Below are positions 29,701-38,860 of a stretch of DNA of 64,000 nucleotides, in pieces. The notes beneath the pieces were generated by a model. It worked only from the letters and a program-made list of their open reading frames with translations, searched no databases and was not told the DNA's origin. Made by a program: the position numbers and the translations under genes. Within the stretch, counting starts at the first letter, position 1. Each line of letters begins with the position of its first letter. Source of the stretch: Pedosphaera sp. (lineage in GTDB: Bacteria > Verrucomicrobiota > Verrucomicrobiia > Limisphaerales > SIBH01); the NCBI GenBank assembly GCA_031414955.1, contig JANOQV010000240.1, positions 10,771-74,770 of the forward strand, given 5' to 3'.

Positions 29701-30705
29701 TCGGACACGCACCAGCCCGCCGTGCGCCGCGCCGCCTCCGCGGCGATTGTGGCCGCCGATGGCAAGCCGGACGCCGCTTGGGAGAAGACCGCCGACAACG
29801 CCGGCACGCGGGTCATGCTCATCGAGTCCATCGTCATGCTCGCCGACCCGACGTCGCGGGCCGCCTTCCAGCCGCTGCTCGCCGCCGCCGTCACGGACAA
29901 GGGCACGCATCCGCAGGTGCGCGCCGCCGCGTTGCGGTCGTTGCCCCTGATGGGCACGGACCACGCCGCGAAGAACTTCGGCCTGCTGGCGTCGCAATTG
30001 AAGACCGGCGCCGATGTGCCCTCCGCCGCCGGCGCGATTCGCAAGCTGCCCCGCGACTCCTGGGCCAAAGACCAGGCCGCGCCGCTCTCGGACGTGATCG
30101 TGAACTGGGCCAAGGCTGTGCCTGCCGCACAGCGCACCGAGCAGCGGTTCGTCGAGACCGTGCAGGTCGGCATGGACCTGGCCACGCTGCTGCCCACCGC
30201 CGATTCCACCCGCGTGCGCAGCGCACTGCTCGACCTGGGCGTGAGTGTGTTCGTGATCAAGACCGTGCGCGAACAGATGCGCTACGACGTGGGCCGGATC
30301 GTGGTCGTGGCCGGCCAGCCCTTCGAGATCATCTTCGAAAATGACGACATGATGCCGCACAACCTGGCCGTGGTGCAGCCTGGCGCGCGGGAAGCGATCG
30401 GGGCCGTGGTGGACAAGATGCAACCCGCCGTGCTCGACAAGCAGGGCCGGGCCTTCATCCCCACGGACCGGCTCCTCGCGGGCAAGATTCTCGGCGCGAC
30501 CAAGCTCGTGGAGCCGGGCCAGAAGGAAACGCTCAAGCTCACGGCGCCCAATCGCCCCGGCACGAATGAATTCGTCTGCACCTTCCCCGAGCACTGGAAG
30601 GTGATGTTCGGCCAGCTCGTGGTGGTGAAGGACAAGGCCGCGCTCCTGCAAGCCAGCGCCGAGCTTCCGCCCCAACAGCGCGCGGACGCGGGGCATGGGC
30701 ATTAG
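26713..30705 (+). CDS. PVC-type putative membrane-bound dehydrogenase: SGNH domain + beta-propeller + HEAT repeats + C-terminal azurin-like cupredoxin
   Basis: GNTLADRM/GFNES/NGVH SGNH-like part; FDTKGRLWV, RDTDGDGKAD, NPHG, RDQIHGRIYRI; HEAT repeats; MPHNL...CTFPEHWKVM type-1 copper site. Confidence 0.88.
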   Translation: MKRQMRLVLLGFFVLLKATSGVAADKLELKTGDHVAIIGNTLADRMQHSGWFEALTYEQLPKHQLVFRNLGYAADELVTRPRSENFGSPTDWLTRAQADVVLAFFGFNESFKGADGLAKFREDLEKFIKETRAANYSGKGAPRLVILSPIAAEKHRDVNFPDPAPINRQLAPYVQAMREVAAANGVQFVDLFAASQKAYAAAKTSLTINGVHLSDDGYKALAPAMFAEVFGSKAPAMDSTGFENLRAAINDKNKVWFSRYRTVDGYNVYGGRSALAYAPNKGPFITDRNAPEPHISNYKVMQQEMTQRDVMTANRDARIWAVAQGGNLAVKDDNLPPVTEIKSNKPGPNPDGSHPFLGGAEAMQHIKVPPGCKLQFIASEKEYPELVKPVQIGFDTKGRLWVAAWKNYPERTPTSQDGDKLLVFDLNPDGSVKKMTTFIDDLNCPTGFQFYKDGVLLMQAPDLWFIRDTDGDGKADSKVRVLNGMDSADSHHTANAICYEPGGAIYLSDGTFHRTSVETAQGPVRNINGAIYRFEPRTSKFYRHVPYGFANPHGRVFDAWGNDFITDATGNANYFGPAFSGYLETGSHSGMNTYWKNPSRPCPGTAILSSRHFPESMQGEFLNINVIGFQGIFRAKNTEEGSGILGTTVTPHMLDNDNAKNPNFRPIAADVAPDGSLYVLDWANSIIGHMQHHLRDPNRDQIHGRIYRITYPERPLLTPKKVDGQPIAALLDLLKEHEDNVRIRAKIELDKHDSKQVIAAVQKWAKQFDPKKVADAHHLLEALWVHQWHNVVNEPLLRTLLASPDPRARAQAVRVVGYWGDRVSQPLLAVKAAANDSAPRVRLEAVRVASFFEGNDAMEAAYQITKYPTDYYLDYTFKETTKQLSKSAKGFAPKDPALVAAVVNRMTDQELLAAPKTEPVLLARLERKTSDVNTRNAALEDLAKLRKTDRVTEAVAALTRLDEPGTPLQSINDLALLLTARPDGLAKVRPELQRLTSDTHQPAVRRAASAAIVAADGKPDAAWEKTADNAGTRVMLIESIVMLADPTSRAAFQPLLAAAVTDKGTHPQVRAAALRSLPLMGTDHAAKNFGLLASQLKTGADVPSAAGAIRKLPRDSWAKDQAAPLSDVIVNWAKAVPAAQRTEQRFVETVQVGMDLATLLPTADSTRVRSALLDLGVSVFVIKTVREQMRYDVGRIVVVAGQPFEIIFENDDMMPHNLAVVQPGAREAIGAVVDKMQPAVLDKQGRAFIPTDRLLAGKILGATKLVEPGQKETLKLTAPNRPGTNEFVCTFPEHWKVMFGQLVVVKDKAALLQASAELPPQQRADAGHGH

Positions 30706-30725
30706 TGAGGATCGCATAGAATGAC

Positions 30726-30793
30726 GGAGCGCCGAGCATTGCTCGGCCCGAAGTAGCGGCGTTCCACTCTTGCCGAGCAATGCTCGGCGCTCC
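30726..30793. repeat. REPIN-like inverted repeat (22-bp perfect arms, each internally palindromic)
   Basis: ggagcgccgagcattgctcggc (30726-30747) and exact reverse complement (30772-30793) between convergent genes. Confidence 0.85.
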
Positions 30794-30845
30794 TTCGGTA
30801 GACACGCATTGCCCGAGTCTCAGTAGAAACGTGAGCCAGGCCCGT

Positions 30846-32360
30846 TCAGGCGGGTTTCAAGCGCAGATTGCCCCGGAAAACAACCGGCTTGGAAACCGTC
30901 GCCGGTTTGCGGCAAATGCCTCCATTGAGGGCGATGCACAATCCCAGCGGTGCCACCAGTTGGGGCAAGTCAGAATAGAGAGAGCCGAAGACGCTGAAGA
31001 AAAAGATGATTTTCGTGAGGAAGAAGGCGAAAAAAAAGCGGTTGGTCTTTTCCAGCGCCGGATTCCCATAGCGATAATTGAGGGAGAGGGCGCGAAGACC
31101 CGCGCCCAGGAAGGCCAGGAACGCCAGGCAGCCAAAGGAACCGAAAGGAATGTACACGGAGAGCGGCCCATTGTGGTAGTCGCCCGCAGCCAGGGATCCT
31201 GAATGTTGCGCGGCTCGGCCCCGCAACGCCGCCTGCTGGGCCAGATAAAGGTCGGTGGGATTGACGGAATAACCTTTGCCAATCCAAAAATACTTGGGCA
31301 GCTCCGGGAGCGTGGCCTGCCACATGGTCACCCGCCAATCGACTGATCCATCGGCGTCACGACGGACGAGCGGATCGATTTCGATCGGCAAAAAGCTCAA
31401 GGTCCGTTGCATGGCCCTCGGGAGACGGGTGGCGAAAGGGGTGAGGGCGAGCAGGCCGAGGGCGCCAACGAGGACCAGGGCCGGGAAGAGCGGAGATCGC
31501 AGCAGACCCTCCAGCACGAACAACACGGCGAAAAGGACCAGGAACAGGAGAAGAAAGGAGCGGAATCCGGCCATGGTCCCGAGGACCACCACCGCCAGCA
31601 GGAGCATCCACCGCCAGCCTTTGGCCAGCACTCCTCGCACTCCAAAAACGGCCAGGAGGTAATGGATCACGGCGGCGGCCGCAGGCCAGACACCGGCAAA
31701 ACGCACCCCCGCCAGGCTGCCTTCGGTGCTCGCCTGATAGCTGGCGAAACCAACCGGAAACAACAGATAAAGGAAATAGAAAGGCTGCCCGGCGAAGTAG
31801 ATCAGCGTGCTGCCCAGACTGAAGATCACGACGGGCAGAAAAAACAGGGCGAGGTAGAACCGGGCTTTTTCCAACGGGATCGGCTGACTGACCAGTCCAA
31901 AATAGGCGAGGATGGCCCCGATGATGAAGTAATAGCCCTTGCCCCCATAGCTGGTTCCACCCATGGCCATGACGCTGATTCCGCCCGTGAACTTCGCGGT
32001 GATGACCACCACCAGCAGCAGGGCCAGCAGCGTGAACGTGATGGACGGCGCGGAGAGGAAGGCCCGCCTCTTTTGCATGACCCGAGCCAGCACCGCGAGG
32101 CCGAAATTGATGCCGCCCATCAACATCCAGAGCGTGGGTTTGCCGGGGAAAAAAAAGATGGTGATGGAGGAGTTCAAACTGAAGACGAGGACGGCGTAGT
32201 GCCACTTGAGCAGGGCGGGCAGGAGCAGGATGAAGCCAATCGCCGCCAGGACGGCAAAGGAATTCCGGGTCAGATCACCCGAGAGCGTGTAGCCAATGAA
32301 GACCGCCAGCGGCAGGATGATGCCGTAGATGATCAAAGTTCGCAGCGCGCCAAAATTCAC
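30846..32360 (-). CDS. O-antigen ligase/polymerase (Wzy/WaaL-like) membrane protein
   Basis: Many TM helices; GFRS, periplasmic WRVTMW...GKGY...YHNGPL motifs; borders glycosyltransferase genes. Confidence 0.8.
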   Translation of the reverse strand: MNFGALRTLIIYGIILPLAVFIGYTLSGDLTRNSFAVLAAIGFILLLPALLKWHYAVLVFSLNSSITIFFFPGKPTLWMLMGGINFGLAVLARVMQKRRAFLSAPSITFTLLALLLVVVITAKFTGGISVMAMGGTSYGGKGYYFIIGAILAYFGLVSQPIPLEKARFYLALFFLPVVIFSLGSTLIYFAGQPFYFLYLLFPVGFASYQASTEGSLAGVRFAGVWPAAAAVIHYLLAVFGVRGVLAKGWRWMLLLAVVVLGTMAGFRSFLLLFLVLFAVLFVLEGLLRSPLFPALVLVGALGLLALTPFATRLPRAMQRTLSFLPIEIDPLVRRDADGSVDWRVTMWQATLPELPKYFWIGKGYSVNPTDLYLAQQAALRGRAAQHSGSLAAGDYHNGPLSVYIPFGSFGCLAFLAFLGAGLRALSLNYRYGNPALEKTNRFFFAFFLTKIIFFFSVFGSLYSDLPQLVAPLGLCIALNGGICRKPATVSKPVVFRGNLRLKPA

Positions 32361-32475
32361 AAGGCGGTCAGCCTAGACCAAGCCAGGGGGGCAAGACAAA
32401 AAAAATGTTGGCCGCAGTGAGTATCCACGTTCAGCTTGGTCACGGCTCCTTGGAAACCAGGGGGCCTCGGCTGAT

Positions 32476-33483
32476 ATGCGCGTTTTATTCGACCATCCAT
32501 CTCCGTTCGCCCTGGCGCACGGCGGGTTCCAGATCCAGATCGAGCAAACGGCGGCGGCCCTGCGCTCCCTCGGCGTCGAGGTCGAGTTCCTTCGCTGGTG
32601 GGATGACACCCAGCGTGGCGACCTGATCCACTACTTCGGACGCCCGGCCGAGGACTATGTCCGGCAGGCGCAACGCCACGGCCGCAAAGTGGTCATGGCT
32701 GAATTGCTCACCGCCCTCGGATCGCGGAGTTCGTTCCAACGTCTCGGCCAAAAGGCGGTCATTTCCCTGGCGGAACGCCTCCTCCCTGAATCCTTTACCG
32801 CCCGCATGGCCTGGGATTCCTACCGGTGGGCCGATGCGGTCGTGGCCCTGACCCCTTGGGAGGCCAGGTTGATGCAGGAAATGTTTGGTGCTCCCGCCGC
32901 CCGGACTCATGTCGTGCCCAACGGCGTGGAAGAAACCTTCCTCCGCAGTGAGTCGCGCCTGCGAGGACCGTGGCTCGTCTGTACCGCCACCATCACCGAA
33001 CGCAAGCGCGTGCTGGAACTGGCCCAGGCGGCGGCCCTCGCGCAGACGCCGGTCTGGATTCTTGGCCAGCCCTACTCAGACTCCGATCCTTACGCCCTCC
33101 GCTTCGAGCAACTGGCCCGGGCCCAACCCCGGTGGATTCGTTACGAAGGCCCGGTGCGGGATCGCGCGCGACTGGCGGAGATTTATCGCGAGGCCCGTGG
33201 CTTTGTGCTCTTGAGCAGCATGGAAAGCTTGAGCCTGTCTGCTTTGGAAGCTTCGGCGTGTGCATGCCCGCTGTTGCTCACGGACCTGCCTTGGGCTCGA
33301 ACCGTGTTTGGACCGGGTGCCACCTATTGTCCGATCAGTTCCACTGCTCAAACGGCGGAGGCGCTCCGTCGGTTTTACGCCCAGGCGCCCAGCCTTCCGC
33401 CGCCGCCCAAACCCCACGGCTGGAAGGAAATCGCCACCCAGTTCAAGTCTCTCTACGAAGGTCTGTTGAGCACTTCCCGGTAA
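32476..33483 (+). CDS. Glycosyltransferase family 4
   Basis: VVPNGV, RKRV, ESLSLSALEASAC GT-B motif. Confidence 0.9.
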   Translation: MRVLFDHPSPFALAHGGFQIQIEQTAAALRSLGVEVEFLRWWDDTQRGDLIHYFGRPAEDYVRQAQRHGRKVVMAELLTALGSRSSFQRLGQKAVISLAERLLPESFTARMAWDSYRWADAVVALTPWEARLMQEMFGAPAARTHVVPNGVEETFLRSESRLRGPWLVCTATITERKRVLELAQAAALAQTPVWILGQPYSDSDPYALRFEQLARAQPRWIRYEGPVRDRARLAEIYREARGFVLLSSMESLSLSALEASACACPLLLTDLPWARTVFGPGATYCPISSTAQTAEALRRFYAQAPSLPPPPKPHGWKEIATQFKSLYEGLLSTSR

Positions 33484-34604
33484 ATCGCCAGATGCCGGCG
33501 GGCCATGGCCTCCGGGTGATAGCGTTCCCGGATAAACGCCGTCGCCTCGCGCGGGCGGGGGTGTCCCTGCGTGATCCACTGGCTGATGGCCTCGGTCAAT
33601 GCGCCCCAGTCATCCTGGGCAAATAATTCTGCGGCGGGCGCGTGCTGCGCGATGTCCCGGATGCCGCCCAGCGCCGTTCCGAAGAATTTCAAGTTCCGCG
33701 CGAGCGATTCGATCACGACATTGCCGAAGGCCTCTTCGGTTGGGAAATGAACCAGACTGGACGCGGCATCAAAGCAACTGACCAGCCGGGATTCTGGTTG
33801 TGGACCCAAGAAGCGCGCGCAACCCTTCTCCTCCAGCGGTTTGATCCGACGGAGAAATTCATTCGCATACGCGTCCTGCGCGGACGGAATGAATCCGATG
33901 AAGCGAAACTCAAACTTGAACCCCCGCGCGTGCAGCGCCTCCGCCACGTCCAGCAACTCCAACTGGCGCTTGCGCGGCGAGATCACGCCCGCGTTGAGCA
34001 GCACACAGGGACGAGGGCGGTCATCCGGTGGCGGATCGAAAAAGGCCAGCCGCAAGGCATGCGGCACCAGCCAGGTCCGGCCCGCGCGCGACCGCACCGC
34101 CTGCTCCGTGTAGGTGGAATTACAAAACACCCCGCCGGTGCGGCGCAGGGCGAAATTCTCCACCCGCGTCTGGAGCCAGGCGTACGATCCTACGCCCGCG
34201 CCGAACTGCCGGGCCTGCGCGCTCATCAACCCGTGAATGGTAACCAGATTAGTCCCGCCAGACAGGGCGGCGCTGAGGCCGCATTCGCGTTCGGTGCCGT
34301 GCCCATGCACCAGGTCCGGTTTGAGTTCCCGCACCTTTTTCCGCACCGCGCGGACGCAGCCCTGGTAGCCGGTGCGCAGCCAGCCGAGCTTCGGCACATG
34401 CAGACTGTGGAACCAGATATTCACCGCCAGTTTCTCGGGCGAGCGCAGGGGGCGCTGGGTGCAGGAGACGACGTGGATTTCAATTCCCGGCGTGCGCGCG
34501 AAGCCTTCCAGCAGCGCCTGATGGCCGGCGCAAAAGCGTGGCGTGGTCTCCTCGTAGGTCCGCTCGTGCTCGCGATTGTCCGTGGTGACGATGACAACTC
34601 TCAT
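33453..34604 (-). CDS. Glycosyltransferase family 4
   Basis: VHGHGTE, TIHG, RKRQ, EAFGNVVIESLA. Confidence 0.9.
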   Translation of the reverse strand: MRVVIVTTDNREHERTYEETTPRFCAGHQALLEGFARTPGIEIHVVSCTQRPLRSPEKLAVNIWFHSLHVPKLGWLRTGYQGCVRAVRKKVRELKPDLVHGHGTERECGLSAALSGGTNLVTIHGLMSAQARQFGAGVGSYAWLQTRVENFALRRTGGVFCNSTYTEQAVRSRAGRTWLVPHALRLAFFDPPPDDRPRPCVLLNAGVISPRKRQLELLDVAEALHARGFKFEFRFIGFIPSAQDAYANEFLRRIKPLEEKGCARFLGPQPESRLVSCFDAASSLVHFPTEEAFGNVVIESLARNLKFFGTALGGIRDIAQHAPAAELFAQDDWGALTEAISQWITQGHPRPREATAFIRERYHPEAMARRHLAIYREVLNRPS

Positions 34605-34617
34605 GGGGCCAAGACCC

Positions 34618-35397
34618 TCAACGGTGCAGAAAGAAGGAGCACACGCTTTCCTCCTCGATGATGAAACCCAGGGCTTTGAACCGCTCCAGAAACTGCTCCT
34701 GCGACATCTGGCCGAGGGGATCATCGTGCAGTTCCAGCGCGATGGCGGAAACACTTTCCCAGGCGGCCGGAGGCGTGCCGCGCACGAGATCGAACTCCGC
34801 GCCCTCGATGTCGATCTTGGCCAGGGTAATTTTCGACCCGAGCGCAGCGACCACGTCGCTAAAGGCGCGGATAGTCACGGGAAAAGATTTCCCCGTGGTT
34901 CCGTAGAGGCTCGAACCGCCCGGATTCTCCTCGTCAAAGAACCAGTTCACGGTGGCGTTGGCTCCGGCGACGGCCTCGCGGTGCAAATGAATTCGATCAC
35001 CATGGGCCGGATTGGCCAGCCGGTTCATCTCGAAGAGCCGATAGTTGGGCGGACCGGGTTCATAGGCATGAACCTCCACTTCGGGACCCTGGGCCGCCGC
35101 CAGCAGGCTGAACAGTCCGATGTTCCCGCCCAAATCCAAAACGGTCGCCTTGCCCTGGGTTGCCCGGACATGCGCGAGCGCGCGCCCATAACTCCCGGCG
35201 AAGAGAAGTTCATGCACCACATCCCAGTCCCGGGAGCCGGCGCGGCAAACCACATTCAGACCATCGCGGAAAGAAAGGAGGCGCAGGCCGGCATGATGTT
35301 GACGCAACCGCATGCCCACCGCCGTGGGCCAGTTCTCGATCCGCCGGACGATGTCGAGGCACGTCTTGATTTTGTTGCGTTGATACTGCGCTGCCAT
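34618..35397 (-). CDS. FkbM family methyltransferase
   Basis: LDLGGNIGLFS, AYEP, KIDIEGAE, ELH. Confidence 0.92.
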   Translation of the reverse strand: MAAQYQRNKIKTCLDIVRRIENWPTAVGMRLRQHHAGLRLLSFRDGLNVVCRAGSRDWDVVHELLFAGSYGRALAHVRATQGKATVLDLGGNIGLFSLLAAAQGPEVEVHAYEPGPPNYRLFEMNRLANPAHGDRIHLHREAVAGANATVNWFFDEENPGGSSLYGTTGKSFPVTIRAFSDVVAALGSKITLAKIDIEGAEFDLVRGTPPAAWESVSAIALELHDDPLGQMSQEQFLERFKALGFIIEEESVCSFFLHR

Positions 35398-35506
35398 TTG
35401 CGCGCATTAACGGCGAGGGTCCGGTCTTTGTCCAGCGCGTGAAGATGCAGGGTGAGATTGAAAGTGGCGGGCCACCACGGGCCGGGGCCGGGGAGGCTCT
35501 CGGGCC

Positions 35507-35615
35507 GGAGTGCGCCCGTCCCGGGCGCAGCCACGTCCGCGCGCACGATGCCTTGGGGAAAACCCCAGCCTCTCGCCACGCTTCACCTTGCTGCGCCCGA
35601 GGACGGGCGCACTCC
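35507..35615. repeat. REPIN-like inverted repeat (family shared with 51962-52077)
   Basis: ggagtgcgcccgtcccgggcgcagc ... gctgcgcccgaggacgggcgcactcc. Confidence 0.85.
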
Positions 35616-35704
35616 AGGCCCGCCACGATCAATCCCACCCACGATGCAGTTGCTTTCAACTCTGGATTCCCCAAACTACGGGCGCGTCCTGTGTCGTGCC
35701 GAAA

Positions 35705-36853
35705 ATGAGAATTGCCCTGTGCCTGGAATACCCGCTCGCGTACCAAGGCGGGGTCAGCGTGCTCTGCCAGGCTCTCGCCACCGGCCTTTCCGCCCGGCAC
35801 GAAGTCGTGCTCGTCTCGCCGGACGGCCCGGAAGAATTTGCCCGGCTGCAAAAAATCCTCCCGCTGCACAGCCATGTGCCTTGGAATCCGAACACCGTCG
35901 GCCCGGGGCCATCGCGGACGCTCGCCACCGCTTTGAAAGAGCGGGGCGTGCAGTTGGCGCACTTCCACTTCGGCGGCAACTTTGGCTGGGGCAGCCGTTT
36001 TTCGGGTCAATCACCGATCCCTTATGTGGCGCGGGCTGGGATCAAAGCGGTCAGCACCGTGCATCTGGTGGTCGGCCCTCTGGATGGCTATTGCGGACCC
36101 GAGAAGCCGCTCTGGTTCAAGCTCGCGCTCTGGCCGGTGGCGTGGCTGGGCAAGATGAGCGTGCTGCGCCACCTGCGCGCCGAGCTCGTGGTGTCCAAGT
36201 TCGGCACGCGCTGCCTGCGCCGTTGGTACTGGCCCAGGCGTGACCGCTTCCGGACGATTTATCACTCCCGCGTCTCCGAGCAATCCACCCTTCCTCCTCC
36301 AGGTGGCAGGGAGAAGATGGTTCTTTATGCGGGCCACCTGGCGGTGCGCAAAGGACAGCACATCCTCGCCGAGGCGTTCGCGCAAGTTGCTCTCCGGCAT
36401 CCCGACTGGAAGCTCGTGCTTCTGGGTGAAGGCGAGAAGGAGATCGAGGATCGCATCGGCCGCCTGATCGTCGAACATTCCCTCCAAGGCCGGATCGAGA
36501 TGCCCGGTGCGCGCCTGGATGCGATGGAGTGGATGCGCCGGGCGGAAATCTTCGTCCAGCCTTCCTTCTTTGAAGGCCTGCCGCTGGCCTTGCAGGAAGC
36601 GATGTGGTCCGGCTGCGCCTGCCTCGCCACGGACATTCCCGGCAACAACGAAATCATTTCCCACGAGATGAATGGCTTGCTGGTCAGCAAGGGCGATCCT
36701 GATTCCATGGCGGCGGGATTGGACCGTCTGATGGGCGACAAGACCTTGCGCGCCACGTTCCGCGAGCAGGCGCGCGCTTCCGTCTTGCGCCAGGGAATGA
36801 GTGTGGAGCAAATGATCCGTCAGCATGTTGAACTCTATGAGTCCTGCGTTTGA
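35705..36853 (+). CDS. Glycosyltransferase family 4
   Basis: GGVS, RKGQH, EGLPLALQEAM. Confidence 0.92.
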   Translation: MRIALCLEYPLAYQGGVSVLCQALATGLSARHEVVLVSPDGPEEFARLQKILPLHSHVPWNPNTVGPGPSRTLATALKERGVQLAHFHFGGNFGWGSRFSGQSPIPYVARAGIKAVSTVHLVVGPLDGYCGPEKPLWFKLALWPVAWLGKMSVLRHLRAELVVSKFGTRCLRRWYWPRRDRFRTIYHSRVSEQSTLPPPGGREKMVLYAGHLAVRKGQHILAEAFAQVALRHPDWKLVLLGEGEKEIEDRIGRLIVEHSLQGRIEMPGARLDAMEWMRRAEIFVQPSFFEGLPLALQEAMWSGCACLATDIPGNNEIISHEMNGLLVSKGDPDSMAAGLDRLMGDKTLRATFREQARASVLRQGMSVEQMIRQHVELYESCV

Positions 36854-38054
36854 GTCCGTGGATGGCCGGCGGTTTGCCGTGGCGGGCATCGCCCGTTGGG
36901 ACGGCGACTACAACGCCCGCGCCCTGGCGGCCCACGACCTGTTGCGCTTTTGCGCGCTGGGCACCCGGCGCGGCACCGCCGGGGTGCCGATGGAACTGAC
37001 CCGGCTCAATCCCAAGATTGGCCTGGTCGCTTACCTCGGTGCGCGGACCCTGCCGCCCTTCTACGGCGAGGCTCTGCGCCATCGACTGCACCCGTGGCTC
37101 GACCGCTGGGTGGATTCAATGATGACGCCGGGCGATCACATTCTTTCGAGCTTCGGCTTCACCAACCGGGCTTTCGCCCGCACGCGGTCGCAGGGCGGCA
37201 AAACTTTTTATTCCGCGGGCAGCTCCCACCCGGAAGACTACTGGGCCATCGTGGAAGAGGAGCACAAGCGCTGGCAGTGCCCTTACCCGCCGCTGGCGCA
37301 ATTCCAACACCGTCGCGTGATGGAGATGATGCCGCTGGTGGATTACGTCCTGTCGCCCAGTTCATTCGTCACGCGCTCCTACCTCGCGCACGGGTTTCGC
37401 CCCGAGCAGATCCTGCGCAATGTCTATCCCATCGATCTTTCCTGCTTCACCCCGCCCACGGTCCCACGCCCGAAGAACCGGCCGCTCTCGGTGGTCTCGA
37501 CCGGCTGCCTGACTTTCCGGAAAGGCACGCCTTACCTGCTGGATGCCTTCCGACTCGTGCTGAAAAAAATTCCCAACGCCCGGCTTCTGCTCACGCGGGA
37601 CATCCTGAGCGGCATTGCGCCGGTCCTCGCCCGTTACAACGATCTCCCCATCGACTGGGCACCGGCCCTGCCGCATCCACAACTGGCCGAGCGCCTGCGC
37701 CATGCAGACATCTTTGCGCTGCCCTCGGTGGAAGATGGATTCGCGCGCACCGTGACCGAGGCGCTGGCTTGCGGCCTGCCCGTCATCGTGACCCCGAACA
37801 CCGGCGCGTCCGACCTGGTGCGCCCCGGGGTGAATGGAGAGATCGTTCCCATCCGAGACCCGGTGGCCTTGGCCGAGGCGATCCTGAAGTGGGCGGATCG
37901 GATACTTGGCCCGGATGAAACCGCCCGGCCCGAGTTCGATCTCAGCCTGGTCTCCGCCGCGAGCTTCGAGCGCGGATTCCTCGAACAACTGGCCACCTTG
38001 GGTTTGGTGCGTCGGGCAAAAGCGGATGTCGCCTCCGCCCCCGACCCTTGCTAG
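36837..38054 (+). CDS. Glycosyltransferase family 4
   Basis: PSSFV, RKGTPYL, DGFARTVTEALACGLPVI. Confidence 0.92.
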   Translation: MSPAFESVDGRRFAVAGIARWDGDYNARALAAHDLLRFCALGTRRGTAGVPMELTRLNPKIGLVAYLGARTLPPFYGEALRHRLHPWLDRWVDSMMTPGDHILSSFGFTNRAFARTRSQGGKTFYSAGSSHPEDYWAIVEEEHKRWQCPYPPLAQFQHRRVMEMMPLVDYVLSPSSFVTRSYLAHGFRPEQILRNVYPIDLSCFTPPTVPRPKNRPLSVVSTGCLTFRKGTPYLLDAFRLVLKKIPNARLLLTRDILSGIAPVLARYNDLPIDWAPALPHPQLAERLRHADIFALPSVEDGFARTVTEALACGLPVIVTPNTGASDLVRPGVNGEIVPIRDPVALAEAILKWADRILGPDETARPEFDLSLVSAASFERGFLEQLATLGLVRRAKADVASAPDPC

Positions 38055-38079
38055 CCTGCGCCTTGGAACAACTGATTTC

Positions 38080-38850
38080 ATGAGCCAATCCAATCTCAGC
38101 AAAGTCGCGCGGCTGGCCGGACGCCTGATCAAGATTGCCCTCCGCAATCCCCGCGCGCTGCGCGAAGTCTTCGGCGTGTCGCTGGCCCTCTCCGAACAGC
38201 TCACCGACCCGGAGGTGGACGTGACCGTGCTGCCCAAAGTGGCGGTGGAAGACATCCTCGGCGACACCAGCGGGGATCATGTCCTCGCCCTGTGGGCCGT
38301 GCCCCAAGTGGCCCGCTCGGTCAGTCTCCACGAAGCGGTGTGCCTCGGTACCTTGATGAAACTGGCCCAGGCGCGGCGGGTCTTTGAGTTCGGCACCTAT
38401 CGCGGCGTCTCGACCACTCAACTGGCTTTGAACCTTCCACCCGACGGACAGGTCTTCACCCTCGACCTGCCCGTCACCAATCTGAAAACCAAGTTTGAAC
38501 TAGACACCACGGGCGAGGTGGAAGTCGTGGAGGACGCCCGCAAAGGCGAGCTGGTCCCGGCCCACCTCCGTCCGCGCATCACGTTTATCTCGCAGGACTC
38601 CGCGCTGTTTGATCCGACCCCGTTCGAGGGCACGATGGATCTCGTCTTCGTCGATGGCGCGCACACGGCGGAGTATGTGAAGAACGATTCGGAGAAGGGC
38701 TGGCGGATGTTGCGCCCCGGCGGAGTCATCTGCTGGCACGACTGCCGGTTCAACAGCGCCTCGGTGATCAAATTCCTGCGCCAATGCCGCTATCAACCCC
38801 GGCGGATCACCGGCGGCTCGGTCGCGTTTGCGGTGAAGCCCGGCGCGTGA
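38080..38850 (+). CDS. Class I SAM-dependent methyltransferase (Methyltransf_24-like)
   Basis: FEFGTYRG, DLVFVDGAH, LRPGGVICWHD. Confidence 0.9.
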   Translation: MSQSNLSKVARLAGRLIKIALRNPRALREVFGVSLALSEQLTDPEVDVTVLPKVAVEDILGDTSGDHVLALWAVPQVARSVSLHEAVCLGTLMKLAQARRVFEFGTYRGVSTTQLALNLPPDGQVFTLDLPVTNLKTKFELDTTGEVEVVEDARKGELVPAHLRPRITFISQDSALFDPTPFEGTMDLVFVDGAHTAEYVKNDSEKGWRMLRPGGVICWHDCRFNSASVIKFLRQCRYQPRRITGGSVAFAVKPGA

Positions 38851-38860
38851 GGCGAGCTGC

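Noticed and set aside
27040..30780. 1246-aa minus-strand ORF
   Set aside because: Antisense shadow of the dehydrogenase gene caused by GC-rich codon bias; no motifs
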